NCBI GenBank assembly: GCA_965644315.1
Contig: CBFFRQ010000063.1
Span: 19,850 to 83,849 of the forward strand
From: Caecitellus pseudoparvulus
Taxonomy: Eukaryota > Protista > Bigyra: Bicosoecida
Direction: 5' to 3'
DNA length: 64,000 nucleotides
Shown: positions 1 through 12,800 of the stretch, piece by piece
Numbering within the stretch: position 1 is the first letter of the stretch
Layout: the number at the start of each line of letters is the position of its first letter
Translations under genes and position numbers: made by a program
Notes under the pieces: generated by a model
Seen by the model: the letters and a program-made list of their open reading frames with translations, nothing else
Database searches by the model: none
What the model was told of the DNA's origin: nothing

Positions 1-3000
1 GGCGGCTCCAAGCGTCGCACCAAGCAGGAAGAGGTTCTCAAGGTTGCTCAAACTGGAACTTCCGAAACCAGAGTTTCCTTGGCTGTCATCCGCTCCGTGT
101 CCAGATGCACCCGACCCTGCCTCCACAGCCGACCCCGCCTCTGCCGCAGCAGCCAACGCTGGCGCAGACGCACGCAAGTCGCCCGGAGACAACACAGCCG
201 ACACAGTACCACCAGGACACAGCCCGCCGCGCGGACACTGCGCACATGATGGCGGCACGCCAAACGTACCTGCCGGACACCCCACACACCCACCGCCCAC
301 CGGCGCCAACCCCGCACCACACCTCACCTCCAGGCACTGCGTCGAGTTGTCCGGATCACGCACCTCACCCGCACCACACTGCGCAGGCGGCTCCTCAGGC
401 GTCTCCACACACCCCTCCAGCCCAGACACACCACGCAGCCCCGCCGTGTCGGTGCCCTCAGGACACGCCAGACACGCACTGGACACCAGCGCCCCGCCCG
501 GACCCGACCCGTACGTGTTCACAGGACACGCCTCACACGACACAGACCGCGCTCGCACCGCATACGTCCCCTGCGCACACGGACTGCACACCGACGCACC
601 CGCCAACGCCGCAAATGACCCCGCCGCACACGCCTCACACGCCGACCCCGACGTCGCACCCTCCACCCCTGATGCCGTGCCCGGCGAGCAGGGTACGCAC
701 GACACCGACGTCTGACCCGGCAAGCTGTTGAACGTCCCAGCCGGGCATGGCGTGCAGCTCTCCTCCGCATCAGACTGACCCAGGGCGTTGTTGAAGGTGC
801 CCACTGGACACGCCACTGCCTCCCCATCGGGACACACGTGCCCCAACGGACACGCCTCGCACTCCCCGCGCACCGTGGGGCTCTGCCCTGCCGGACACAC
901 GACAGTGGACGGCGTGCTGCCTGGCACACAGCTCGCGATGGACGGCGTGCCGGCGCTGAACGTCGTCTGCCCAGCCGGGCAAGGCGCGCAGGCGTCTGTC
1001 TCGTTGGTGCCGCCGCTGCGGGTGCCGTAGGTGCCGAGTGGGCAAGGGGAGCATGCGGCTTGGCCTGGGGCGTCGGTGAAGGTGCCGAGGGGGCAGAGGG
1101 AGCACTGTTGCTGTCCAGGGCCAGATGAGAAGGTGCCAGGAGGGCATGTTTGGCAATCCTCCCTGCTTGTCGCCTTGCTCATCGGCGAGAAGGTGCCAAT
1201 TCTGCACGGCAAGCACCCAGTCGAGTCCCTTCCGATGAAAGGGTTGTATGTTCCAGGTGGGCATTCCTCGCAGTCGGAGAGGTGTGAGAGTCCAAGTGTG
1301 TCTGTGAAGGTGCCCTTTGGACACCCTACTGCTCTTCCCGTTGGACAGGCACGCCCAACGCCACACAGCATGCAGACAGGAGCGAGACCAATCGTAACGG
1401 GCATCTCCCCTGGCTGGCATGAACAAAGCTGGAAAAAGGTATCGCTTCCAAGCCTGCCAGTCACTCCTGCAGAGACGACGGCATTCTGGAACTCGGGAAT
1501 TGTGCTTGGAGAGAGGTCAGGGAAGACAGCTCGACCGGGGAAGCACTGTGATGACTCGATGGTGGCCGTCAAAACCTCGAGCTTGATCCCATTGCCAACT
1601 GTGGTTTCGTTCAGGCTGCCGACTTGAAAGCCGGGCATGTGCCTTGACTGGATGACGAGCGACGTTCCGATGTGGACATTTCGCCACACACTTGCTTCGG
1701 GCCCAAATGACAGGCTGCTCGTGGAAATCTTCAGCGCACCGACGGCCACATTCAACAAGCTGAGCTCTTCCACAACCCCGTCCAAGCTTCCGAGGATGTG
1801 CAACTCCCCAGCAGCATGCACGCCTTGCCAAACTGTGTGTGGCAGTCGGAACAAATCAGGGCCCTCTGTTTGCCCGAAGCGAATGAAGACGCTCCCAGTG
1901 GCACCGACGCCCGAAAACACGCCGGGAACCAACCAGTTTGACGGATCTGTCTGCTCGCCATTGACCACAAACTTGCTTAGTCCGACGTTTACCCCAGCGA
2001 GGGAGTTGTTGTGCATCACCAAACTTGTTACGTTGGCAATTCTGAAGCCCTCCAAGTCGCCGCTGAGTCCCCGAAACGCATAGGGATGCACCTCCAAGTG
2101 GGATTCGCCACGGCCAAAGCAGCCATCACCGACCCCAGTACTGCCACCACCGTATCCGCCACCACCGTATCCGCCACCACCGTATCCGCCACCACCGTAT
2201 CCGCCACCACCGTATCCGCCGCCACCGGATCCGCCACCACCGTATCCGCCACCGCCGTATCCGCCACCGCCGGATCCGCCACCACCGTATCCGCCACCGC
2301 CGTATCCGCCACCGCCGGATCCGCCACCGCCGGATCCGCCACCGCCGTATCCGCCACCGCCGGATCCGCCACCACCGTATCCGCCACCGCCGTATCCGCC
2401 ACCGCCACAGCCTGAACCGCTGCAGAGCCGCCTGAACGAGCCTCCCTCGAACCCATGTTCGCCTGAGCTCGGGTCTGGCGTAGGTGTGCCTACGGTCATG
2501 CGGCAGCTGAGGCTCGCGCCTTCGAAAGCCCCAGGGTGCACAACTTGGCTACTCACAATGTTGTTGCAGCTGGCCCCCAGCGCAACTGTGGAGGAAGATC
2601 CAAATACACAAGCTGGAGTGTACGATGAGCTGAACTCCTCACGAAGGACCAGCCCAGTGAAGGTATTCGGCAAGAATTCAGTCTGGTTGAAGCATTCCAT
2701 AGCCCAGTTGTAGAAAATTGTCTGGGGCGCGAACGCCATTGGCTCGACAAAGAGACAGTTGCGAAAGTCGCCAAACCCCCCGACCTGGAAGGAGGCGCGC
2801 CTGGCATCAAAACCCTCGAACGCGAACGGCTCCAGCTTCCATAGCACGTTCTTGCCAGCAGTATCAGATCCAAGTTGGACTATTCCGGACGGCACCAGCG
2901 TGTTGTTGAATGCCCCAGCTTGGATCTGCACTGCGAGGTCGTCGCCCTCCGTCGGCGCCGCGGAACGCTTGATGAACCACTGGAACGCTGCAGAGTCTGG

Positions 3001-3813
3001 AAACGTCACATTCGAGAACGCGAGGGACTCAATTGTTTCGATTGGTCCTTCAATTGAGAACGATGTTGCGTCATCAGCGAACCGTAGGCCGCTGAAGGCG
3101 TTGGAGTGCACAACTCGGAGGCCCAGGCCTTCATCGTCACGCATTGCGAGAGACTCAGTTACGATTGTTCCTTCCAGAAGAAAGGGTGGAAGAGTTCCAT
3201 TTGGCATGTCCAAAAACTGCAAGGTGTGCACTCGCATGTGAGCCAAGGCTCGAGCATGAAGCGTGCCTGTGAAGTCGCCTGGGAGCCAGAAGTTGAAGGT
3301 GACCTCGCAGCCCTCGAAAGCCAACGGCTCAACATCAAAGCTCATGCCGGTGAAGGTTAGTGACTGAAACCTTGCGTCCTTGAAAGCCCCTGTGCGGATA
3401 ATGCTGAGGTCTGGCATGTCTTGAAACTGCAGCGTGCCAATGTCCGCGCCAGCGAAGGCGCCGTCGGCGAGCTCTGTGATTGGCTGCCCGGTGAACTGGA
3501 CACCCTCCGGAAAAGAGATGTGGCTGAACGTCCCACTGGCAATGCTTGTGATGGTGTCAGGTGAGGTGGCACCCTGGCTGCAGTCCAGCTGCCCGCTTGG
3601 CGCCCCGCCGGGGGGGCAACTGCAATCGGACAGCACGCCGGAAGTCAGGGTGCAGCAGTCCAGGCAGTCTTGCACGGCCTGGCCTGCTGCACAAGCCAGG
3701 TATCCGATCAGGATGAGAAGCACAGGGCCCCGCAAGCGCGTCGCTTCCCTCCTGGGCAAGCCTGGAGCGTGGAGCGGCGGCCGCAGAAACGCGAGCTGGC
3801 GATGGTGTCTCAT
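1..3813 (-). CDS. LRR (BspA-like) + Cys-rich (TNFR/GCC2-GCC3-like) repeat surface protein, paralog A; 3' end runs off the window
   Basis: Not in the ORF track because no stop falls inside the window. ATG at 3813 and the frame is open to position 1 (1271 codons). Hydrophobic signal-like segment (VLLILIGYLACAAG), Cys-rich cap (CLDCCTLTSGVLSDCSC), repeated 'I..GAF.G' LRR-like motifs, then C-x2-C-P-x-G-T-F repeats and the start of a hydrophobic segment (LFLLGATLGAA). Colinear with 9874-14475. Confidence 0.85.
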   Translation of the reverse strand, partial: MRHHRQLAFLRPPLHAPGLPRREATRLRGPVLLILIGYLACAAGQAVQDCLDCCTLTSGVLSDCSCPPGGAPSGQLDCSQGATSPDTITSIASGTFSHISFPEGVQFTGQPITELADGAFAGADIGTLQFQDMPDLSIIRTGAFKDARFQSLTFTGMSFDVEPLAFEGCEVTFNFWLPGDFTGTLHARALAHMRVHTLQFLDMPNGTLPPFLLEGTIVTESLAMRDDEGLGLRVVHSNAFSGLRFADDATSFSIEGPIETIESLAFSNVTFPDSAAFQWFIKRSAAPTEGDDLAVQIQAGAFNNTLVPSGIVQLGSDTAGKNVLWKLEPFAFEGFDARRASFQVGGFGDFRNCLFVEPMAFAPQTIFYNWAMECFNQTEFLPNTFTGLVLREEFSSSYTPACVFGSSSTVALGASCNNIVSSQVVHPGAFEGASLSCRMTVGTPTPDPSSGEHGFEGGSFRRLCSGSGCGGGGYGGGGYGGGGSGGGGYGGGGSGGGGSGGGGYGGGGYGGGGSGGGGYGGGGYGGGGSGGGGYGGGGYGGGGYGGGGYGGGGYGGGSTGVGDGCFGRGESHLEVHPYAFRGLSGDLEGFRIANVTSLVMHNNSLAGVNVGLSKFVVNGEQTDPSNWLVPGVFSGVGATGSVFIRFGQTEGPDLFRLPHTVWQGVHAAGELHILGSLDGVVEELSLLNVAVGALKISTSSLSFGPEASVWRNVHIGTSLVIQSRHMPGFQVGSLNETTVGNGIKLEVLTATIESSQCFPGRAVFPDLSPSTIPEFQNAVVSAGVTGRLGSDTFFQLCSCQPGEMPVTIGLAPVCMLCGVGRACPTGRAVGCPKGTFTDTLGLSHLSDCEECPPGTYNPFIGRDSTGCLPCRIGTFSPMSKATSREDCQTCPPGTFSSGPGQQQCSLCPLGTFTDAPGQAACSPCPLGTYGTRSGGTNETDACAPCPAGQTTFSAGTPSIASCVPGSTPSTVVCPAGQSPTVRGECEACPLGHVCPDGEAVACPVGTFNNALGQSDAEESCTPCPAGTFNSLPGQTSVSCVPCSPGTASGVEGATSGSACEACAAGSFAALAGASVCSPCAQGTYAVRARSVSCEACPVNTYGSGPGGALVSSACLACPEGTDTAGLRGVSGLEGCVETPEEPPAQCGAGEVRDPDNSTQCLEVRCGAGLAPVGGGCVGCPAGTFGVPPSCAQCPRGGLCPGGTVSAVLSPGDLRASAPALAAAAEAGSAVEAGSGASGHGADDSQGNSGFGSSSLSNLENLFLLGATLGAA
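134..1130. repeat. Near-identical direct repeat, copy 1 (partner 11120-12116)
   Basis: Constant offset of 10986 nt with no indels seen. About a dozen substitutions over 211-1130 by manual comparison, plus a small mismatch cluster at about 148-210. Confidence 0.95.
2146..2400 (-). repeat. Coding 15-bp tandem repeat, 17 units, encoding GGYGG (12) / GGSGG (5)
   Basis: The plus-strand unit is approximately ACC(A/G)CCG(T/G)ATCCGCC. In the frame of CDS 1-3813 it reads Gly-Gly-Tyr/Ser-Gly-Gly. Units counted by hand. Confidence 0.95.
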
Positions 3814-4569
3814 GGCGGTTGCTAGGGCCAGCCAGCCCCTCAATCGGCTCCAAAACGAGAGCTCAAGCTGAATTGTTGGTGTTGAAGTCGATAAGCTTCG
3901 AACTTGTGTGCGATGCGATGGTTTATTGTCGGCCGGGGCGAACTGCTGGCGTCGCTGGGCAACAGCGTTTCAGGTGCAAGGCGTCGCTGGACACGCCAAC
4001 GCAATCATGGACGTCCCTCGCGTGCGACGCGATGGGCAGCCCCGCGCTCGGCAGATCCACACAATAGCTGAATGATCTTACTCAGACAGCGGATTCCCGT
4101 GCTGCCTGGAGCCGGGGACCCCCCGTGGGGCCTGAAGAGCGCTGCCGTAAGAGCGCAATGCTGCGAGCTGCGGTGCAGTGCGAGCTTGCCCAGAGTAAAC
4201 CCGCAAGGCAAGGCGGTGCCCGGGGTTGAGAATTGGCCACCTTGCTGCACTCCATCCCCCCCATCTCCAGACCTGTGCGACTGCCTCCGAAGAAGAGTCT
4301 CTCCCCTTGAGGCCACCAAGGGGGCACTCACACACTTGAGCTCGTGACAACGGACCTGACCAGCTCTAAACTTAGTCTCACAGCAGCTGCCGCCTATGCC
4401 GCGGAGATCACAGCAAATCCTACCCTCCGAAACATCCACACCCCCACGTACTCTTGACTGTGGCATTTCTGTGTTCCCCTTGCTCATTTTGCTTCCATTT
4501 TTGTTGTCCCCGATTGCTACGTTTCGCTGGCGTTTCGTTGCCAACGCCCCGGCAAGGGACGCAGCCCCC

Positions 4570-7500
4570 ATGCCACGGCAGGCTCGGCCCCGGAGCAGCA
4601 GGTCCAAGAGAAAGACTGAACCTGCTGCATCCAAGGTGGTGGAGCGGCACATTCGGGATCCTTACGGCACGTTACAGGCAGCGCCGTCCAAGGAAGGTGA
4701 GGAGGGCGGAGCTCTTTGCAGCAAGTGCTGCCTCATCGTCACCCGCCGTTTCCGCCGCACTCCGTCGCACAGAGTGGGGGTCGAAGAGAAATGACTGCAG
4801 CAATCCGAACAACCTCTTTGGACTGGGTGAGCTGAAGAGGGGAGTGTGGGCGCCTCTTGCGACTGGTCTGACGGGACCAGGTCCACACCCACTGGCTCTG
4901 CTGCGGGAGCCATCCGTGCAAGCTGCCGGCCTGGTCAACCTCGGCGCCACGTGCTACTTGAACGCCCAACTGCAGGTGCTGTACCACTGTCTCCCTTTCC
5001 GGTGTGCTCTGTATGCCTGGAGCGGCACAGGCGGGAAGGCAGTGGCAGGTGCAGGCGGCGCAAGTGCTTCGGCAGCAGGTGCAGACCTGCTGCGCACACC
5101 TGCAGCAAGAGAGGCGCAGCTGCGCGTCATGCAGCAACTGTTCTGCACGATGCAGTACTGCGTGGCGAAGTGTGCCTCACCTGCCCCGCTGGCTGCTGTG
5201 TTCCGGCTGGCGTCGGGTGTGCAGCAAGATGTGCAAGAGTTCTTGCAGCTGTTTATGCACCACCTGGAGACCACCTTGGCAAGCTCGGGTCCGGCGTACC
5301 TGCAGCGTGTAATTCCTCGGCTGTTCAGGGGGCGAAGCGCATGGGTGAACAAGTGTTTGACGTGTGACTACACCTCTCGAACTGGTGACGCGTTTTACGA
5401 AGTTCAGGTGCAGACGCAGGGGGTCAGCAGCCTCCACCAAGCGCTCGAGCAGACGTTTGGCACCGTGGATTTATCAGGCTCTGCTCAGTACTCGTGCCCT
5501 CGATGTCAGGACAAGCGCGATGCCGAGCGGTTCTTTCGTTTGGAGCAGCTGCCTCCCGTGCTGCACGTGCAGCTGGCACGGTACGGCTACGACATGGCGA
5601 CAGGAGAGCGGAAGAAACTAAATGACGCCATCCACATCCCCGATGTCCTGAACCTAAGCCAAACGGATGCACTGGCAGTTCCTCTTTCGACAGCGCCAGC
5701 GGCTACGCGAGTTCCCGTCTTGTACGAACTGACAGCGGTTCTCTACCACCACGGGAAAAGTGCCAACTATGGGCACTACACGTGCGATGTGTGGGATTCT
5801 GAACGAGGACAGTGGCTGCACTGTGACGACGAGGCAGTTTCTGCGCTCACGGAGGGGGCTTCTCCTGCAGCAGGAGCAAAGCAGCCCAGGAGGGACACCG
5901 AACACCCGCTGCACGAAGACTCGAGTCCTTGTCTTGCCGACAAGTGTGGGGCAGCTGCGTTTGAGCAGGTTAGTGCCGAAACGCCGGCCCCGCCAACCCT
6001 GTGGCCGGCGGGCGCCGTCCCTGAAGTGGGCAGCGTACCGCAAGCAGCACTTGCGGCAGCCGTGTCGGGAATCAGCTCTGACCTTCCGCATGGCCCACCC
6101 CAGCCTGCTCCTGAACTGAGAAGCGCAACAGCTCAGGGTCCGATCGTATCTCAGGCACAAAGGGTGTATTCACTCGCTGCGAGTGGAGTGTCCGGGTACG
6201 TGTCGTGGTGCAGGCGCAGGCGACATCCCCGCATGTCCACCTGCGCTGGGAAAGGAACTCGAACTGCGTACATGTTAGTGTACAGTGCTGTTGACTCAGA
6301 ACGAGCGGCCAAGTGGGAGGCTATGCAAGTCGCAGTGGGAGCTGGGCAAGTGCCAGTAGGCGACCATGCGGGCAGCCCCAGCGAAGCCGCTGCCACGACA
6401 CCTGCAAGCTGCAGCAAGCCAAGCCGGAAGCGCAGCAGGCAACCCACTTCAGATGAAGAGCAGATCAAACTCCCATTGGATGCTTCCATGGCGGCGAGCG
6501 CTCAGGAGCAGACCGCGAGGTACATGTTTGATGTGCTTCCACCAGCGCCACGCTCACCCTTCGAGAACTTAACGGCGGGATTCACCCCGAGCGATGGGAG
6601 TGCCGACAAAGAAGGTGTATCTTTGCTTCCTCCGAGTGACATGTTATCTGCTGTGCATGCTTGGAATAGGGTGCTATCGCGACGTGCGGCGGCATGGATT
6701 CGCCAAGAGCACGCAGCGCTTGCCTCGAGGAGGGCGAGGCAGCTGCTGTACGAGGCACTTTTCATGTCATCCTCCCAGGCTGCTCCTCGCCCCCAAGCTG
6801 TCACAACCAACGCTCTTTCCCGCTGGCGGAGCCAAAAGGCACCTCCCCACTGGTTCTGGATTCCGGCTCGTTGGCTTGCAGCGTGGGTGCAGGGTGTGGA
6901 GGTGCAAACTGACGGCGACAGCCAGGGCATTGACGGGCCCGGGCACGCCACACCTGATGAAGGTACATCAGAAGGCCGGGGAACTTCCCCGATCTGTCTG
7001 TTATCCGATGAAGAAAGCTGTGCGACGGCGTGTGATGAAGAGGCTTCGAGCGGGTCAAGGAGCAAGCACGATGTTGCAGCACAAGAAGCCGAAGCCAAGC
7101 CAGCGGCTGACGGGGCAAGGCAGGACGTGGCCGACCTCTTGGAGCGGGCTTGTGCTGGAAAGTGCCTCGACCTGCCAGACTTGTGCAAGTCAGGTGTGTG
7201 GCTGTTCGACAAGGGGGGGCGAACCGCCTTTGGAGTGTCCACAGCAGCCTGCCCTGCGCTAGCTCACATGGACATGTCGCCCCTCCTCTCAACTCAGGCT
7301 GGGGGTGAGGTGGTCATGATGCCTGCAGCAGCCCGCTCTGCAAAACGCGTGACTTCCGCTGTCTTTGAGGTCCTGCAGAACGCAGGTGGGACGGCTGTGT
7401 GCAAATTCCTCGGAGCGGAGAAGTTGCACGAGGCAAGCTGCCAAGCTTGGGCGGATGTGCAAGCTGCTGCTCGTGAAAGTTGCCCTTCCAGTCTTCTGAG

Positions 7501-9700
7501 CTGTGCAAAGGAAGCTGTCGAGCGTCTTTGTGACTGGAGCGGTGATACCGCTCCCAGCTGGGCCTTGGACGCGGCTCCAGGCACTGCAGAGCCAGCGGTG
7601 CCAACTTGGGCGGTGGGCACTTGGCTCTGCACAGAAGTTGACGTGGCACCCTTCCCTGTCCACCAGAAAAACTTCATGTCTCCAGACTTGCTTGGGAGCA
7701 TTCTCGGAGAGCTGTCTTCCTCCAGAGACCAGCACGCTGAGGTGGAGGAGCTTCTGTCTGTCCTCGGGCAGCCGGAGCCGGTGCAGCTGACTCAAGCAGA
7801 GTTGCAAGACGCACGCGCAGCCTTCGTTGCAGACACCTTGTCCTCAGGTGATTTTGCGGCAGTGAAGTCGGACACCCCCACGCCAAACACCACAAATCTT
7901 GACTCTTGTCACATCGAGGTGCTTGATCCAGACTTCCGCGCTCCAGAGTCGTGGAACCTGCCAGATGGGACCCTCCTTGATGTTGCAGCGGCCGAGGAGC
8001 CTGGGGCAACTGCAGAGACTCCCCAGGCGCTGGAGGTCATGCGCGCCCTGTCGTCTCTCGCGCTGTCCTGGACTGAATCACGGGGCGGAGAGCAACAGTA
8101 TCTTCTCAGCCGAGCTTGGATCCGGCGCCTGCGAGACGAACAAGACGTAGCTGTGCATAGCCGTGCAAAGAAGAAAACCGGTGGGGGGCTGCTCGATCAC
8201 TTTCGTGTTGACCCTAAGCCTGGCCCCCAGGACAGCCCACGCACGACCTGTGCGAACGCGGACCTCGTAAGCCCTGCAGGCTACCTTGCACATGGCTCTG
8301 CTCGCCGGTACGCTCGTGTCTCGGCTGAAGCCTGGCAGAGTGTGCTTGCCTTTGCCCCAGATGCGGTCCCCGTCCACCACCTCGTCGCGGTGACTGACCC
8401 ATGGCAGGCTGCAGCTCAAGCTTCAAATCGGAAGGAAGCCTCGCAAGCTGCAGCCGCCCGACGGAGCCAGTTGGCCTCCGCTGCGCTGAATAGACTTGCG
8501 CTTCGCCGGAACCCATTTCCTGCCACCCACTCAGCCAAGCACGTTGGAACATGCCCGCTTGCGCCTGGCTCGTACGCGCTCGTCCCAGCTGCCCTGCTTG
8601 CTTCCTGGCGTGCCTGGGTGAAGGAGGGCGCTGATGAGCCGCAGTTGTCTGGCTGCGCTTGGGAGGGTTTCTTCGTTGACGAGCCAGGTGCGACACCAAG
8701 CCTGGGCCTCCCAGACCACGTTCTGCAGTACCTCAGCAGCGTGGCGCAGGTGCGACTGCCTGCCCGGAACCCAGATGACACTGCCCTTGCCTGCCCGCTG
8801 TCTCCAGATGCCTCCCCCATGCCTCGGTCGGAAACTGGTGCAGGATCGGGCGCGGTTGGGTTCGAAGTGGTTGCCATGGACATGTGGGAAGATTTCCTCA
8901 AGGTGCAAGGGCTACTTCGAGGCCCTCGCCCCACTGCAGAAGTGCAGTCTGGGCGATGCGCCTGCCTGGATGCAGCCTCCCTTGACGCTGGAGGAGGCAA
9001 GCCTGCAATGCCTTCAGACACCACTTGCGGTGAAGGGTGCCCACACCTGTCCCCCAGGTCAACGCCAGCATACGCAGACTTCTGCGGATCCTTGGCGGCG
9101 CCCACGCTGCGTGTCTTGCCTGCACAGCAGGCCGCGATGCTTCCAGAACACATCACAGCCCACCACAGCACGTTTTTCCCCAACTCTGCGGAGAGTACCG
9201 AAGGCTGCATTTGGTGGACAGATCCACCACTGAACAGGGATGGCCTGGCAGCACAGCTGCTCCGCCTTCAAGCTGCCCGTGTGCGCTTCACGAATCGAGA
9301 GATTAATGTCCGACGCCTTGCGAGTGGTCAGGATCCTCCAACAGGTGCCGAGTGCACCGCAAGCGGGGAACGCCTTGGTGAAGGGGGCTCACGAGGAAGG
9401 CGGAGCCGGCGAAGCCGCAGCGCGGGCAGGCTTATCATCCTGGTTGACAGCACTGACTCGTTGCACGAGTTGGCGCTCAAGTGCTACGAGGCTCACGGCT
9501 TCGGGCTCTGTGGACGTTTCTGGTTTCGGGGGACGCCCCTCTCTGCTGGACAAACATTGGAGGAAGCAGGGGTACCAGCGGAGGGGACCATATTCTTCGA
9601 GGACGGCGACGAAGATATTCTGACGCTTGGCTTGGAGGGGTCTATGGTTTCCATGCCTGAAGCAGGCTTCGGTGGCTCGGCGTTCCAATCAACCGTGTGA
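4570..9700 (+). CDS. USP48: Ubiquitin-specific protease, USP48/UBP26-like (peptidase C19, DUSP-like segments, C-terminal ubiquitin-like domain)
   Basis: Cys box GLVNLGATCYLNAQLQ, QQDVQEF motif, zinc-binding CxxC pairs, His box YHHGKSANYGHY and AYMLVY. The N-terminal RNDCSNPNNLFGLGE, C-terminal UBL-like segment and 'PEAGFGGS' resemble USP48. Predicted start ATG 4570 with intron 4697-4772 joining in frame. Confidence 0.88.
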
Positions 9701-9873
9701 TGCGCAGAGGCAGAACAGGTGCAGCCAGGCGCGGAAGGCCGTTGCCTGAAGGTTGACGCGCTGAGTGCCTTTGACGCGTCGTGTGCCCTTAGTCTGCTTA
9801 GGCAACGCCAAGGCTTGAGCCATGCATTGCATCGCACCAAGCTAGGTCAGTTCTAAAGAGTAAAAAAGCGTCC

Positions 9874-12800
9874 TTACTCTGAAGGTGGGGGTGTTGAGGC
9901 CAGCGGCGCTTCCTTCATCGGTTTCACTGTTCCTGCGGAGGAGCCTGACTCTTCCCCGGGAGGCACGTACAAATCTTCTGACCCCAACACACCAACATGG
10001 CTCAAAGCCGATTGCACTGGTAGTTCTCCGAACCTAAAAGCAAACGAAAACATCCCAAACGTAGCCCCCGCCAGACCACCCAACGCAGCCAACAGACCCA
10101 GCAACGACTGCAGCTCCGACACAGTGATGAAGCTCACCGACGGCGACAGCTGCACGCTCAACTGCAACGACACAGGCGTCAACTGCGGCACGAACCCTGA
10201 CGTCGGCGCTGAACTGTCCAGGAAACCCGCCTGCTGGTCCACAAACGCCAACAAGTACCCCGTCGCATCGCTCCCGCCCTGTGTGTCCACCAGCACCTCA
10301 CGTGTCGACGTCAGCGTCCACTCGCCAGACCGCAGCCGCTGACTGGACGACGCGCCTACACTCCCCTGCAACACGCTCTTTGTCGGCTGCCCAGGTGTCG
10401 CGGGCGTCGATGCCCGTGTCGTCGTCATGGCCCACGCCACACTCTGCGCCGTGTACGGCAGACGCAGCCGAGCCCGCAGAGTCGTCGCCAGTGTGCACTC
10501 ACTGCAGCTCGCAGCGTATTGGCACGCCAGAGCACTCGCGCCACTGGCTGCCTCCACGCGCTGCAGCGTCACGCTGGATGCCACAGCCCACGGCATGCGC
10601 ACACCGTCCGCGCCACCACCCGTGAAGTCCACCGTGGACTGCGCACCTGGGCAGTCCCCTGCACTCTGCACACCGTCAATCACAGCCGCCACATCCAGGC
10701 GCCACTGGCTCGTCACGATGCCAGCCTCCTGTGCTGCAGACCCTGCTGGGTCGAACCGCGTCGTGACCAGGGTGTTGGCGGTGTAGTACTGCAGGAGGGA
10801 GCTGGCCAGGAAGCCACACAGCACCGCCACGAGGCTGATGGTGCAGGCGCCACCCAAGACTGTACTGGCCTTGTGCACGACATTTTTGTCAAGCACAAAG
10901 TGATCCAGGCTGTATGCATCGATGAACTTGACGGCCGAACGCAGGAATTTGAAGCATCGCGCGAGTGCCAGCGCAAGAATAGGGAGAAGCAAAGCGCACC
11001 CCGCAGTAACACCAACAACTGTAAATGTAGTTGCCTGTGGGAGTGCAGAGCTGTTTGCTCCTTCTGTGCCGTCATTCTCAGATGCTGCTGCACTGCTCCC
11101 GCCGGCTTCAATTTCAGCACCCGCCTCTGCCGCGGCCGCCAACGCTGGCGCAGACGCACGCAAGTCGCCCGGAGACAAAACTACAGACGCTGTGCCGCCA
11201 GGACACAGCCCGCCGCGCGGACACTGCGCACATGATGGCGGCACGCCAAACGTACCTGCCGGACACCCCACACACCCACCGCCCACCGGCGCCAACCCCG
11301 CACCACACCTCACCTCCAGGCACTGCGTCGAGTTGTCCGGATCACGCACTTCACCCGCACCACACTGCGCAGGCGGCTCCTCAGGCGTCTCCACACACCC
11401 CTCCAGCCCAGACACACCACGCAGCCCCGCCGTGTCGGTGCCCTCAGGACACGCCAGACACGCACTGGACACCAGCGCCCCGCCCGGACCCGACCCGTAC
11501 GTGTTCACAGGACACGCCTCACACGACACAGACCGCGCTCGCACCGCATACGTCCCCTGCGCACACGGACTGCACGCCGACGCACCCGCCAACGCCGCAA
11601 ATGACCCCGCCGCACACGCCTCACACGCCGACCCCGACGTCGCACCCTCCACCCTTGATGCCGTGCCCGGCGAGCAAGGCACGCACGACACCGACGTCTG
11701 ACCCGGCAAGCTGTTGAACGTCCCGGCCGGGCATGGCGTGCAGCTCTCCTCTGCATCAGACTGACCCAGGGCGTTGTTGAAGGTGCCCACTGGACACGCC
11801 ACTGCCTCGCCATCGGGACACACGTGCCCCAACGGACACGCCTCGCACTCCCCGCGCACCGTGGGGCTCTGCCCTGCCGGACACACGACAGTGGACGGCG
11901 TGCTGCCTGGCACACAGCTCGCGATGGATGGCGTGCCGGCGCTGAACGTCGTCTGCCCAGCCGGGCAAGGCGCACAGGCGTCTGTCTCGTTGGTGCCGCC
12001 GCTGCGGGTGCCGTAGGTGCCGAGTGGGCAAGGGGAGCATGCGGCTTGGCCTGGGGCGTCGGTGAAGGTGCCGAGGGGGCAGAGGGAGCACTGTTGCTGT
12101 CCGGGGCCAGATGAGAATGTGCCTGGCGCGCATGCAGCACAGTCGCGAGCAGAGGTCGCATTCTGTGTGGCCGAGGCAGTACCAGGGGGGCAGTTCAAAC
12201 ATCCCGCAGAGTTTGTCCCGACAAAAGGGTTGTAGGTGCCAGCTCGGCAGCCCTGGCATCCAGAGAGGCTAACCAACCCCACATCATCATTGTACGTTCC
12301 TTGAGGACAACCACGCGGACGCCCCGACGGACAAGCACTTCCCACCTGGCAAAGAACACAAATTGGCGCTGGCCCTCCGGACACCGGCATCTCTCCCGGA
12401 GGACAGGAGCAAACCTGGGGGAACTGGTTTCGTTCCAAGTCTGAGGCAATGCCCGCCCCCCCAACTTGCTCCAGAACAAATGGCACCGTTGAGGGGGAGA
12501 CCGATGACAGGAATGCACGACCAGGAAAGCAGCTGATGGGCTGCCCAAGGCTCGCTTTGGCAGTCATGATGTGAAGGCCCCCGCCAGCCTGGACACCACT
12601 CAACACTCCTGCGGGAAGTTTGGGCAGTTCGAACTGCACAAGGTTGATCGTGTTGGCAACTGACACGTTTTGCCAAGAGCTGAAGTGGATATCCTCAGGA
12701 TCAAACGAAAGCTGGCCAATGGCGAGGTCCAAGCTGCCGACAGCGAGGTCAGTGAAGTTCAGCACACTCTCGGCCATGTCGAACTCGGCCCTGATCTGCA

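Noticed and set aside
2011-2456. Track ORFs with (ATTVS)n and (VADT)n repeats, and a possible CRISPR-like array
   Set aside because: These are alternative frames of the GGYGG repeat inside CDS 1-3813. The units are contiguous with no unique spacers, and no cas genes are present.
6196-6254. Possible intron in USP48 (GTACGT donor before AYMLVY)
   Set aside because: The AG I tested, just before the AYMLVY codons, gives a 59-nt intron that would shift the frame, and the ORF is open without it.
134-12116. The 1-kb direct repeats as LTRs of a retroelement enclosing USP48
   Set aside because: Both copies are in-frame coding parts of paralogous genes. No TG...CA ends, target-site duplication or gag/pol is seen.
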